Shown: piece by piece, positions 9,881-19,593 of the stretch
Layout: the number at the start of each line of letters is the position of its first letter
Position numbering within the stretch: the stretch's first letter is position 1
Sequence record: DRR378314_2384
DNA length: 34,829 bases
Reading direction: 5' to 3' (one strand)
The notes under the pieces: model-generated
What the model was told of the DNA's origin: nothing
What the model saw: only the letters and a program-made list of their open reading frames with translations
Databases searched by the model: none
Translations under genes and position numbers: made by a program

Positions 9881-10558
9881 TCAATTAATCTGCTGAACAT
9901 CCGACATGGCAATCGAGCCCATTCCCGCAAGGTTCAGAATAACTTTGCCGCCCTGCACCAGCGATACGCTGTCGACATTGGCGCTCACCGTGGTGCCAAG
10001 CTGCTCAAGCCCGCCGGGATAGGAAGCTTCGGCTACCACGTTATAGCGCCCAGGTGGCAAACTGTTGCCGTTGCCATCCTTGCCGTCCCAACTGAACGCC
10101 GACAGGCCGGGCCGCTGCTCGCCCATATCGATCTGCCGCACCCGCTCACCGGACTCATTCTCGATGGATATCCTCAGCCCGGAGGTGGTGGCCGGAACCA
10201 CAACGTTGCCGGAAATCTCACCATCGGCACCGAGCACACCAAAGGATGAAGGAGTCAAGACCGTGCGTCCCACCATTGCAGAGGCCTGCAAGGCCTGTGT
10301 GGAACGAAACTGGCTGGCCATGTCATCCACACTGCCGGACAGGCTCTGCATTTCCTCCAGGGAGCTGAACTGGGCCAACTGGGAAATGAACTCACCGTTG
10401 TCCTGAGGCTCAAGGGGGTTCTGGTTCTTGAGCTGCGCGATCATCAATTCCATGAACTCGTTCTTGCCGAGCTCGTTGTTTCCGCTTCCCGTCTGTTCCT
10501 GCTGCAGGCGATATTTGCTCAGCACATCCGAGGCGTCTGCCGGGTTAACTGCGCTCAT
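9881..10558 (-). CDS. flgD: Flagellar hook capping protein
   Basis: FMELMIAQLKNQNPLEP, QLAQFSSLE, WDGKDGNG. Confidence 0.96.
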   Translation of the reverse strand: MSAVNPADASDVLSKYRLQQEQTGSGNNELGKNEFMELMIAQLKNQNPLEPQDNGEFISQLAQFSSLEEMQSLSGSVDDMASQFRSTQALQASAMVGRTVLTPSSFGVLGADGEISGNVVVPATTSGLRISIENESGERVRQIDMGEQRPGLSAFSWDGKDGNGNSLPPGRYNVVAEASYPGGLEQLGTTVSANVDSVSLVQGGKVILNLAGMGSIAMSDVQQIN

Positions 10559-10576
10559 GATTCAATCCTCGCTCGG

Positions 10577-11026
10577 TTACTGCTGACCCAGGGTCAGGAT
10601 GCGCTGCATCATGGATTTGGCGCTGTTCATAATGTCCACGTTCATCTGGAAGCTGCGCGACGACGACATCATGTCCGCCATCTCTTCAACCACATTCACG
10701 TTGGGGTAGAACACGTACCCGTCTTCGTTCGCAGCCGGGTGATCGGGCTCGTACCGCATCTGTAACTCGGCGTCGCTTTCAACGATGCCTTCAACCCGCA
10801 CGCCAGCGCCCGGACCCTGATCGTTTCCGAACGCCATACCCTGCTGGGAGGGGTTCAACATGGACTGCTGGATGGCCGCAAAAACAGGCTTGCGGGCACG
10901 ATAGGTCTGGTCCGTGCTGGAACTGGCCGTCTCGGCATTGGCGATGTTGGACGCAGTGGTATTCAGCCGCAGCGACTGGGCTGTCATACCGGAACCGGCG
11001 ATGTCGAAAATACTACCCAGGGACAT
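10577..11026 (-). CDS. flgC: Flagellar basal-body rod protein
   Basis: FDIAGSGMTAQSLRLNTTASNIANA; YEPDHPAANEDGYVFYPNVNVVEEM. Confidence 0.97.
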   Translation of the reverse strand: MSLGSIFDIAGSGMTAQSLRLNTTASNIANAETASSSTDQTYRARKPVFAAIQQSMLNPSQQGMAFGNDQGPGAGVRVEGIVESDAELQMRYEPDHPAANEDGYVFYPNVNVVEEMADMMSSSRSFQMNVDIMNSAKSMMQRILTLGQQ

Positions 11027-11060
11027 GATGTTGCTCCTCAGTTATTGGCTGCGCCCGGCC

Positions 11061-11459
11061 TTATTGACCAGAGAGTGCCTTTTTAATGCCTGAAATCTTT
11101 CCGTCCAGAAACTGGAAGCTGGCCTGGTAATCCAGGGCATTTCGCATGAAGCGGGTCTGCTCCTGCTGGGCATCCACCGTATTACCGTCAACGGACGGCT
11201 GGTGCGGTACCCGATAGAGCAATTCGCTGTCGGCGCCCATAGGCGATGTGTCCATGTGCGACTCGTGGGTCTGGCTCATGCCAAAACCGCTCATGCTTTC
11301 CTGGGCTTTCTGCATCATCGCCTGAAAGTCCACGTCCCGCGCTTTGTAGCCCGGTGTGTCGGCATTGGCGAGGTTGTTAGCCAACACCTCTGCACGCTTG
11401 ACCCGGCCCTCGAGGGCGTGTTGATGAATGCCTAATGCTTTGTCCAGGGAAATTGCCAT
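11061..11459 (-). CDS. flgB: Flagellar basal-body rod protein
   Basis: Likely start MAISLDKALG at 11459 (GGAGG RBS upstream); ANNLANADTPGYKARD; DGNTVD. Confidence 0.96.
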   Translation of the reverse strand: MAISLDKALGIHQHALEGRVKRAEVLANNLANADTPGYKARDVDFQAMMQKAQESMSGFGMSQTHESHMDTSPMGADSELLYRVPHQPSVDGNTVDAQQEQTRFMRNALDYQASFQFLDGKISGIKKALSGQ

Positions 11460-11524
11460 AATGCCTCCGGTTCCTGCACACGGCGTTGGTCGATTTGCCG
11501 TTTGTGCGTTCTTGTGGAGGTAAA

Positions 11525-11540
11525 AGCAATCGCAATGCCA
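11525..11540 (-). promoter_or_regulatory. sigma54 promoter of the flgB operon
   Basis: Minus strand TGGCATTGCGATTGCT (GG-N10-GC), about 65 bp upstream of the flgB start. Confidence 0.85.
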
Positions 11541-11669
11541 GTTTTCAGGAGTTGTTGCGGTGTGCGGGTTTGGGCGGGAATCTACGGCGAGCGGCGGCAA
11601 AAACAGCTGCCAAAGCGGCAAGGGATTTCCCCCACCGCGATGGTGGGAGAAAATGGCGGCAACGGCTAC

Positions 11670-12227
11670 CTAGTAGGGCCAACGCCTGACAAACTCGCCT
11701 TGCTCCGGCCTCGGCACACTGGGCTTGTTCGAACTCACGCTGCCGGTGTACAGGAACCCTGTGATGATCTCGTGGCTTTCCAGGCCCAGACCGCGCGTGA
11801 TGTCTGGATTGTAAGCCATCGGCCCTGTACGCCACATGCCGCCATACCCGGCGGACTCCAGTGCCAGCAACAGATACCCCATACCCACGGCAGCCGACAT
11901 GGATTGCTCAATCTCCGGCACCTTGGGGTGAGTCTGGTACGACGCAATGCCCACAATCACCATCGGGGCCCGCATCGCCTTCTTATGGAGCTTTTCCCGT
12001 TCCTTGTCCGAGGCGTCGCTGCCACAGGTGGCGGAAAACAATTCACCCAGGGCGTTCAATGCCTCCTCTCCCTCGATAACCAGGTACCGCCAGGGCCGGA
12101 GCAACGCGTGATCGGGCGCTCTGGCGGCACACGCGAACGCTTTATCCAAGGTGGCCTGATCGGGCGCAGGCGCTGTCAGGCGGGGCTCTGAGGACCGTTT
12201 TAACAAGGCATCCATTACGGCTGTCAT
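11670..12227 (-). CDS. Nitroreductase family protein (YdjA-like)
   Basis: LLKRSSEPRL, ARAPDHALLRPWRY and GYGGMWRTG motifs. Confidence 0.88.
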   Translation of the reverse strand: MTAVMDALLKRSSEPRLTAPAPDQATLDKAFACAARAPDHALLRPWRYLVIEGEEALNALGELFSATCGSDASDKEREKLHKKAMRAPMVIVGIASYQTHPKVPEIEQSMSAAVGMGYLLLALESAGYGGMWRTGPMAYNPDITRGLGLESHEIITGFLYTGSVSSNKPSVPRPEQGEFVRRWPY

Positions 12228-12386
12228 AACATCTCACTGTGGTCGGTTTTGTCACGTCAGTTCGGGCCTAAACGCCCGTATGAATTGTGGGACAGATGTT
12301 TTACTGTTAGTCTTTAGTCTAAGTACTTTCCACGACAAAAAAGTACTATCTACCTTAAAAACGATAAATGAGCCGGTAGACGCCTT

Positions 12387-12698
12387 ATGAGCCAACAGCA
12401 CACATTCCGCACGTTCGCGGAGTTCTACCCGTATTACCTCGAAGAACACAGCGATGCAAACTGCCGCAGGCTTCATTTCGTCGGCAGCCTTCTGGTCATC
12501 CTGGTGGCGCTCTATGCCATCGTAACCGCCAAGTTCCTCTATCTGTTGCTCCTGCCCATCATCGGATACGGCTTTGCCTGGGTTGGCCACTATGGTTTTG
12601 AGAAAAACCGGCCAGCCACGTTCAAGTACCCACTGTACAGCCTGATGGGCGACTGGGTGATGTTCAGGGATGTACTCATCGGGCGGATCCGTTTCTGA
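12387..12698 (+). CDS. DUF962 / Mpo1-like small membrane protein
   Basis: FAEFYPYYLEEH...RRLHFVG; GYGFAWVGHYGFEKNRPATFKYPLYSLMGDW. Confidence 0.88.
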   Translation: MSQQHTFRTFAEFYPYYLEEHSDANCRRLHFVGSLLVILVALYAIVTAKFLYLLLLPIIGYGFAWVGHYGFEKNRPATFKYPLYSLMGDWVMFRDVLIGRIRF

Positions 12699-14135
12699 AT
12701 GATGAGCGCACCGATCGACCTGCGTAACGCCAGCACCAGTGCCAGCAAGTCTGCCGTGCTTGACTCGCAGAACAATCCGATCGCCATCCCGCCCATGCCG
12801 GATTACAACGGCAGGATACTGGCTTATACCGCAACCGCTGGCATCATCGTATCGGGTGTTCTGCAGGACGTTTTCGGCCTGTGGATGCTGTGGCTGCTTT
12901 CCGGCGCCCTGACCTGGCCACACATCGCTCACCAGCTTACCCGCCGGACATTCCTGCGCAACTCTCCCCGTATTCGCCAGAAAATGCTGATGGCGGATTG
13001 CGCCATCGGGGGCGGGTTCGTTGGCTGCATCGGGCTGATTGCCATCCCCTCGGTGGCCGTCGTGCTGATGCTGATGTTCAGTTGCCTGATTGTCGGTGGT
13101 ATCCGTCAGTGGCTGTTTGGCACGGTGATCATGGCCGCCTGCGGAGCGATTGGCGTTGCCATTGTGGGCCCTGCCGAATCCCTGCAGTCGCCGATGATAA
13201 CCAGCATCATCGCCATCAGCGCCACTGGCCTGTACATCTGTGTGACCGCGTTCTATTCCCACCAGCAGGCTCGCGCCCTGATGATGGCAAAAACACAGAT
13301 CCAGAATCAACGGGAGCAGTCCATTGCCCTCTCCCACAAGCTGTCCAAGTACCTCTCACCCCAGGTATGGCAGTCCATCTTCACCGGCGAACGGGACGTG
13401 CGGCTGGAAACGCAGCGCAAGAAACTGGCGGTCTTCTTCTCCGACATCAAGGGCTTTACGGAGTTGTCGGAGGAAATGGAACCGGAAGCCCTGACGGAGC
13501 TGCTGAACCACTACTTCAATGAAATGTCGGAAGTGGCTCTCAAGTACGGGGGCACCATCGACAAGTTTGTGGGCGACTCCATCATGATCTTCTTCGGCGA
13601 CCCCACCAGCCGCGGCCAGAAGGAAGACGCTTTTGCCTGTGTGTCCATGGCGGTTGAAATGCGCAAGCACATGAAGATCATGCGGCAGAAATGGCGGAGC
13701 CAGGGCATCAAAACGCCTCTGGAAATCCGCATGGGCATCAGCACCGGCTATACCACCGTTGGCAACTTCGGCGCGGAAAACCGCATGGATTACACCATCA
13801 TCGGCAAGGAAGTGAACCTGGCCAGCCGCCTGGAGTCCCTGGCGGAGCCCGGCGAGATCCTGATTTCCTACGAGACCTTCTCGCTGATCAAGGACCGCAT
13901 CATGTGCCGGGACAAGGGCGAGATCACGGTGAAAGGCTTCGGCCGCCCGGTGTCCATCTACGAGGTGGTCGACTTCCGCCGCGACATGGGCCCCAACCGT
14001 AGCTTCCTCGAACACGAACGAAGCGGCTTTGCCATGTACCTGGACTCGGAAAAAATCACCGAACGGGAGCGGGAATCCATTCTGTCTGCCCTTGAGGATG
14101 CCGCGGAGCGGCTGCGCCAGGAAGAAGATTCCTGA
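12699..14135 (+). CDS. cyaB: Membrane-bound class III adenylate cyclase (MASE2-type N-terminus, CyaB-like)
   Basis: Hydrophobic N-terminal region; FFSDIKGFT, DKFVGDSIMIFFG and DYTIIGKEVNLASRLE catalytic motifs with ATP-specifying K/T. Confidence 0.88.
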   Translation: MMSAPIDLRNASTSASKSAVLDSQNNPIAIPPMPDYNGRILAYTATAGIIVSGVLQDVFGLWMLWLLSGALTWPHIAHQLTRRTFLRNSPRIRQKMLMADCAIGGGFVGCIGLIAIPSVAVVLMLMFSCLIVGGIRQWLFGTVIMAACGAIGVAIVGPAESLQSPMITSIIAISATGLYICVTAFYSHQQARALMMAKTQIQNQREQSIALSHKLSKYLSPQVWQSIFTGERDVRLETQRKKLAVFFSDIKGFTELSEEMEPEALTELLNHYFNEMSEVALKYGGTIDKFVGDSIMIFFGDPTSRGQKEDAFACVSMAVEMRKHMKIMRQKWRSQGIKTPLEIRMGISTGYTTVGNFGAENRMDYTIIGKEVNLASRLESLAEPGEILISYETFSLIKDRIMCRDKGEITVKGFGRPVSIYEVVDFRRDMGPNRSFLEHERSGFAMYLDSEKITERERESILSALEDAAERLRQEEDS

Positions 14136-14153
14136 TTGCCCCGCCCTGTTTGC

Positions 14154-14972
14154 CTACTGCCTAATTAACCGTGGCCCCGCGGACTCTTCCGGCGCGGTGC
14201 TGCGCCACGGATTGATATCCAGTCCACCGCGCCGGGTGTAACGGGCGCAGACCGACAGCTGTTGCGGCTGGCACCGAGCCATCAGGTCGGTAAACATCGT
14301 TTCCACGCAGTGCTCGTGAAAGTCCTGTTTCTGGCGGAAGCTCACGATGTATTGCAACAGCCCTGCCCGATCCACCGCTGGGCCGGTGTAATCAATCAGC
14401 ACCGTTGCCCAGTCTGGCTGCCCGGTCACCGGGCAATTGCTCTTAAGCAGATGCGAGCACAATTTCTCCGAGACCACGTCACCGCCGGCCCGAAGACTGT
14501 CCGGGTTGTAGTCGTAGCCCACGGATTCCACGTCTTCGTCGTCAATCAACACAAAGCCTTCGGGCCGCCCGATTGCCCTCGCGCCCTGATCGACACTGTG
14601 CAACTCCACAGCCACCGCGGCACCGCTGGCGCTGGACAGATCACGGGCTATCACATCCCGGACCTGCTCAGCCGATGAAAACACCGTCTGGTTCAGGGAG
14701 TTCAGGTACAGCTTGAGGGATTTGGACTCAATAATGGACGGCGACGCTGACGGCACGCGAATTTCCGCCCAGGCCACGGCTGGAACGCCACCGGTCCGCA
14801 ACCAGGAAATCTCCCAGGCCTGCCACAGGTCTTCGCCAAACCACGGCCAGCGGCCATCGTCCAGGCCGATGCGGCGGCGGTTTTCATCCCGCGCCACGGG
14901 AAACAGCAGTTGCGGATCGTAGGCATCCGGGTAGTCGCTGGATTTGCCCAGCGGGGCATCAATCAGGGCCAT
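14154..14972 (-). CDS. queF: NADPH-dependent 7-cyano-7-deazaguanine reductase (bimodular)
   Basis: IIESKSLKLYLNS, LKSNCPVTGQPDWA, FHEHCVE, YTRRGGLDINP; start set at ATG 14972. Confidence 0.96.
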   Translation of the reverse strand: MALIDAPLGKSSDYPDAYDPQLLFPVARDENRRRIGLDDGRWPWFGEDLWQAWEISWLRTGGVPAVAWAEIRVPSASPSIIESKSLKLYLNSLNQTVFSSAEQVRDVIARDLSSASGAAVAVELHSVDQGARAIGRPEGFVLIDDEDVESVGYDYNPDSLRAGGDVVSEKLCSHLLKSNCPVTGQPDWATVLIDYTGPAVDRAGLLQYIVSFRQKQDFHEHCVETMFTDLMARCQPQQLSVCARYTRRGGLDINPWRSTAPEESAGPRLIRQ

Positions 14973-14993
14973 GATCAATCCTGGAAGCAGTCA

Positions 14994-15767
14994 TCAGTGA
15001 CGTATGCCTTTGCCTCGCGCCAGCATGCGCAGGGAAACGGCAGACAGAATGGTAATGAACACCAGAATCATACCAAGGGCGACGTACGGATTAACATCCG
15101 AGACACCCAGGATGCCGTAACGAAAGGCATTCACCATGTAGAGAATCGGGTTGATCATCGACACTCCCTGCCAGAACCCCGGAAGCAGGTCGATGGAATA
15201 GAACACCCCACCCAGGTAGGTGAGCGGTGTCAGCACAAAGGTCGGCACGATGGAAATATCATCGAATTTGGTCGCCAGCATGGCGTTGATGAAACCACCC
15301 AGGGAAAACAGGGCAGACGTCAGGAAGACCGTCAGGATCACCATCGGCAAGTGGTGGATCGACAGCTGGGTGAACCCCAGAGAAAGCAGGGTTACTATGA
15401 ACCCGATGCCCAGTCCACGTGCCATCCCGCCGGTCACATAACCGGCCAGGATCACCCAGTTTGGCACCGGCGACACCAACAACTCTTCGATGCTGCGCTG
15501 GAACTTCATGGAGAAGAACGATGACACCACGTTGGCATAGGAACTGGTGATCACCGACATCATGATCAGCCCCGGTACGATGAACGCCATATAGTCGAAG
15601 CCGCCCATCACCCCGATGCGGGAACCAATAAGGTTGCCGAAAATGATAAAATACAGGGTCATGGTGACCGCCGGTGGTAACAGGGTCTGTGGCCATATCC
15701 GCATGAACCGGCGAACTTCACGAGTCACGATGGTTTTATAGGCAGTCAGCATCGCGTCCGTTCTCAT
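14994..15767 (-). CDS. ABC-2 type permease (YadH-like)
   Basis: RIWPQTLLPP, YMAFIVPGLIMMSVITSSYANV, LTPLTYLGGVFYS. Confidence 0.92.
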   Translation of the reverse strand: MRTDAMLTAYKTIVTREVRRFMRIWPQTLLPPAVTMTLYFIIFGNLIGSRIGVMGGFDYMAFIVPGLIMMSVITSSYANVVSSFFSMKFQRSIEELLVSPVPNWVILAGYVTGGMARGLGIGFIVTLLSLGFTQLSIHHLPMVILTVFLTSALFSLGGFINAMLATKFDDISIVPTFVLTPLTYLGGVFYSIDLLPGFWQGVSMINPILYMVNAFRYGILGVSDVNPYVALGMILVFITILSAVSLRMLARGKGIRH

Positions 15768-16711
15768 GCGGTCTCTCCCTGTTTGGCGTTGCGGGTGTGA
15801 TTATCCTCCACCATGCGTATGAACAACTCTTCCAACCGGTTGGCCTTGGTACGCATGCTCACCACACGCACACCGAGCTGCTCCAGTTGAACAAACATAC
15901 CGTTCAGGCTCTGGCCCTTCTCCACGTCCACCACCAAGGCGCCCTCGTCATCCAGATGGCAGAAGAAACCGTCCAGATCCGGCGCCTCCGCCAGCGGCTC
16001 GGCGGTATCCAGCACAAAGGTCTCGGAGCTCAGTTGTTGCAGCAGCGCTCGCTTGCTGGTGTGGCGCAGAATCAGGCCATGGTCGATGATGGCAATATTG
16101 CGACACAGGGCTTCCGCTTCCTCCAGGTAGTGGGTTGTGAGGATGATGGTGGTGCCTTGCCGGTTCATCTCCTCCAGGAAGGTCCACATGGACCGCCGCA
16201 GCTCAATATCCACCCCGGCCGTAGGCTCATCCAGAATCAGCAGCTTGGGTTCGTGCACCAGTGCCCGGGCAATCATCAGGCGCCGTTTCATCCCTCCGGA
16301 CAGCATCATCGCCGGTGTGTTGCGCTTGTCCCAGAGGCCAAGTTGACGCAGGTATTTTTCAGCGGATTCCGACGCCTTCTTGAGGGGGATGCCGTAATAG
16401 CCCGCCTGGGTGGTGACAATGTCGAACACCTTTTCAAACTGGTTGAAGTTGAACTCCTGGGGCACGACACCCAGATTCAGCTTGGCGTCCGAGAGATGGG
16501 TATCGATATCGGAACCGAAAACGCGGACCTTGCCAGCGCTTTTGTTCACCAGTGAGCACACAATGCCAAGGGTGGTGGACTTGCCAGCACCGTTGGGTCC
16601 GAGAAGGGCAAAAAAGTCCCCTTCGGCTACGTGCAGGTCGATGCCTTTCAGGGCCTGGAAGCCGTCGCCATAGGTCTTGACCAGACCTTCGATCTCAAGT
16701 GCGTTGGTCAT
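15764..16711 (-). CDS. ABC transporter ATP-binding protein (YadG-like)
   Basis: Walker A GPNGAGKST, signature LSGGMKRR, Walker B LILDEPTAGVD; likely start MTNALEIE at 16711; ATGA overlap with the permease. Confidence 0.93.
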   Translation of the reverse strand: MTNALEIEGLVKTYGDGFQALKGIDLHVAEGDFFALLGPNGAGKSTTLGIVCSLVNKSAGKVRVFGSDIDTHLSDAKLNLGVVPQEFNFNQFEKVFDIVTTQAGYYGIPLKKASESAEKYLRQLGLWDKRNTPAMMLSGGMKRRLMIARALVHEPKLLILDEPTAGVDIELRRSMWTFLEEMNRQGTTIILTTHYLEEAEALCRNIAIIDHGLILRHTSKRALLQQLSSETFVLDTAEPLAEAPDLDGFFCHLDDEGALVVDVEKGQSLNGMFVQLEQLGVRVVSMRTKANRLEELFIRMVEDNHTRNAKQGETA

Positions 16712-16959
16712 AGTGAATCCAGAGCTGCAGGGGCTGGCGGCGACGCGTAAGCCGCAGCCAATCATGGAACAGAAAAAACGAGAGTTATAACTTGCGGCCT
16801 GGAAAGGGAAATTCAAGTAGCACACGCCAAACTGACTAAAACCCCAAACTGCGACAGGTTTCCCGATATGGCACCAACGCCGTCCTTATAATGCCGGTTA
16901 CAACAATTTACAAACGGTCCGGCACCACGGACCGAACGCCAGGGAATGTACGCGCCGCC

Positions 16960-18096
16960 ATGAGATCCGTCCACGTCACATCCGCTTTACCGTCTCTTAT
17001 TTGCCCCCTTGCACTTACGGTGTTGCTCACTGGATGCTTTGGTGGCGACGGCAGCGGCGGAGATGACGGCTCACGTAGCGGCCAGATCATGCCCTCGGGG
17101 ATTTCAGGGCTCAGCTATTCCACGGCCAGCCGGAACGGCACGACCAACACCAGCGGAGGCTTCAATTATTACCCCGGGGAGCGGTTAAGCCTTCGCGTCG
17201 GCAACCTGCAACTTGCAGAGGACGTTCCAGCGCGTCCCGTTGTCACTCTCCTGGAATTTTTCCCAGACCTCCGAACCGAGTTGGAGATTCCCGGCACGAC
17301 CGACGAAGGATTGCAGAGCCATCGGCTGACAGAGCAACAACTGATCCAGAACGACGTTACCCTGATCAACCTGACGCGCTTCCTCCTGGCGCTCAACTGG
17401 AGCCTGAACCTCTCAAACGACCGGACCATCGAGATTCGTGAGCGGGTTATCACTCAATTAAACGCGGCACTGCCGGACCTGGACACGCCAATCGTCTTCG
17501 ACGTGCCCGAAAGCGAATTCGCCCAGGGTGGCGACTCGCCCTCCCCGGCCAACCAACTGCTGCAGAGCATCTGCTTCTACCCCGCAGACAACGAACTGTG
17601 TGAGGACCCACCCACCGAAGAAGAGATCGCCAACGCGGACCCACGCCCGGAAGAGGAAGACGACCGTGACGAGGACGTCGAGTACCGCGAAGACCTTCAA
17701 AATAAACGCGAACGCATCCTCAACGCTGTACGCAGCCTGGAAGACGTCGATGTGGAAGATGCCGAGGGCTACCTGACCCGGGAACTGGACGCGATCAGCA
17801 CCCGTGTGGCAAACCGTTACTACCTAGACAATTACGTGGCGGAGTTCCCCGCATCCGATACCGCCATTAAAACCGTGCGGGTCCGCAAGATAGCTGGCCA
17901 GCCACAGCTGGACACCATCGAATCCATCAGCACCCGCAATCAGGATGTGGTGGTGCATTCCTTCAGTTGGCAGTCAGCGTCAGTGGACTATTTTGTTGCC
18001 GGTGAACAAGGTGGAGAGTCCGAACTGTTGGTGAACTTCCGGCCGGAAGGCACCTATCGGTGGGTGAAGAAACAGCTCAGGGTACTTATTCAATAA
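16960..18096 (+). CDS. Uncharacterised acidic lipoprotein
   Basis: Lipobox LLTGC followed by a G/S/D linker; long ORF with host-like codon use; start uncertain (16891 or 16960). Confidence 0.75.
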   Translation: MRSVHVTSALPSLICPLALTVLLTGCFGGDGSGGDDGSRSGQIMPSGISGLSYSTASRNGTTNTSGGFNYYPGERLSLRVGNLQLAEDVPARPVVTLLEFFPDLRTELEIPGTTDEGLQSHRLTEQQLIQNDVTLINLTRFLLALNWSLNLSNDRTIEIRERVITQLNAALPDLDTPIVFDVPESEFAQGGDSPSPANQLLQSICFYPADNELCEDPPTEEEIANADPRPEEEDDRDEDVEYREDLQNKRERILNAVRSLEDVDVEDAEGYLTRELDAISTRVANRYYLDNYVAEFPASDTAIKTVRVRKIAGQPQLDTIESISTRNQDVVVHSFSWQSASVDYFVAGEQGGESELLVNFRPEGTYRWVKKQLRVLIQ

Positions 18097-18125
18097 CGTC
18101 AATAACGTTAACAGCCGGGGCCCTC

Positions 18126-19433
18126 TCAGGCCCCGACAATGCGTGACAGGTTCCAGCGGGACTCGGCACCGGTCACATCATAATGCTCCGGATTCAACCC
18201 TTCCGTGCCATGGGGCAGGCATTCCGCCACCGTCAGGGTATCGTGTGCACCCCGTCCCTCGTTGAATTTCGCAAGGTCAACGACACGCGCTGATTTCAAT
18301 GGCTGGCGGTAACGGTCAGTCATCACCATCACTTTTGGCCACAACCGACGTTCTGGCGTGTGGGACACCACAATACCGCGCTGACCGTCGTTCAGCTCAA
18401 CCAGGCTGCCGGTGGGATAAATGCCAATGGCCTGGATAAACTGCTCGACCAGATCTTCCTGGAATTCAATGTTGCGCATTTCGTACAGCAACGTGACCGC
18501 GCGAGCAGGCGTCATCGGCTCTTTAGCCTCCCTGGGTCCGATCAACGTCTCGAAATACTCCGCCAGCCCGGCCACCTTGGCCAACAAAGGAATACGGTCG
18601 CCCCGGACACCTTCCGGAAAACCAGACCCGTTATGGCGCTCACGATGGCCCTGCACCACGCTGAGTACGGCACGGGACAGGCCGCTGTCCGTAAGCTGCG
18701 CAACGCCCCGCTCCACATAGGTTCGATAGGTGGCGAAATCCTCGGCATCCAGGTTGCCCTCGTTTACGAGGATTCGTGCGGGCAGTTCAAGCTTACCGAC
18801 CTGGGACAACAGACACCCCATGCCCAAGTGGTTCAGAAGGCCCTCATTCAGCCCCAGCTGGCGACCACAGACCAGCGCCCATACGGCCATATTCAGGGAG
18901 TGCCGATAGGTGTAATCATCATGATGGCGGGTGCGGCTAAGCCACAACATGGCATCCGGATTCCGGACAACGCTGGCGACCATTTTCTGGGTCACGATGG
19001 CCACACTCCGGAGGTCCGGCGTATCGTGCTGACGGATAGCGTCGAAAACCCGAGTCAGCGCTACTTCCGCATCGATCATCAGCTTCTTCGACACCTTCAG
19101 CTCTTTCTTCATGGTCGTCACCAACTCGTAACTGACCGGTTCCTTGATACTGAGCGGTGGCAACTGGACCGATTCACGGTCTTTACCCGTGCGTTTGGCC
19201 TGGCGACTGAAAATGCGCTTACCGGATTTGGTCTGCTCGATGGCCTCGCGAACCTCGGCCACGTCGATAACCACCCACTTGCAGTGGGAAATCAGTGAAC
19301 GCACATCGTCCTGGGATCGGATGCGGAAACCCTGGATGGGAAAAGGCGTCTGATGCCACGGGCGATCCAGATCAGACACAAACATGCCGATCTCCAGATC
19401 TTGTACAGCGACTTTCTTCTGACGGACTCCCAC
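18126..19433 (-). CDS. DUF3391 + HD-GYP domain protein with degenerate catalytic motifs
   Basis: N-term LEIGMFVSDLDRPWHQTPF (DUF3391-like); DDYTYRHS, HRERHNGSGFP, IGIYPTGSLVEL; GTG start with AGAGG RBS. Confidence 0.88.
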   Translation of the reverse strand: MGVRQKKVAVQDLEIGMFVSDLDRPWHQTPFPIQGFRIRSQDDVRSLISHCKWVVIDVAEVREAIEQTKSGKRIFSRQAKRTGKDRESVQLPPLSIKEPVSYELVTTMKKELKVSKKLMIDAEVALTRVFDAIRQHDTPDLRSVAIVTQKMVASVVRNPDAMLWLSRTRHHDDYTYRHSLNMAVWALVCGRQLGLNEGLLNHLGMGCLLSQVGKLELPARILVNEGNLDAEDFATYRTYVERGVAQLTDSGLSRAVLSVVQGHRERHNGSGFPEGVRGDRIPLLAKVAGLAEYFETLIGPREAKEPMTPARAVTLLYEMRNIEFQEDLVEQFIQAIGIYPTGSLVELNDGQRGIVVSHTPERRLWPKVMVMTDRYRQPLKSARVVDLAKFNEGRGAHDTLTVAECLPHGTEGLNPEHYDVTGAESRWNLSRIVGA

Positions 19434-19573
19434 GGGACACCTCTACACGTGCACGAATCGATAATCACTATTGTGACGTCCGATAAGAAAGAGTCCATTA
19501 CATTTTTGTAGTGCGAAGTAACCGGAAGGAGACACTAGGTAACCAAAACTATCATCAGGAAACAAAGTGTAGC

Positions 19574-19593
19574 AATGTGACACCCCTCACATT
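19574..19593. promoter_or_regulatory. CRP/Vfr-family binding site
   Basis: AATGTGA-CACCCC-TCACATT: exact TGTGA-N6-TCACA palindrome upstream of the HD-GYP gene. Confidence 0.8.

Noticed and set aside
11460-11621. N-terminal extension of FlgB in the ORF track
   Set aside because: Spans the sigma54 promoter; the RBS supports ATG 11459. Similar over-extensions were trimmed for flgI, queF, the yadG-like gene, the acyl-CoA synthetase, nrdJa and nrdJb.
12252-13337. 361-aa minus-strand ORF
   Set aside because: Overlaps DUF962 and cyaB on the opposite strand; no motifs.
18091-18108. CAATAACGT tandem duplication at the lipoprotein stop
   Set aside because: Only two copies of 9 bp; probably a slippage duplication with no evident function.
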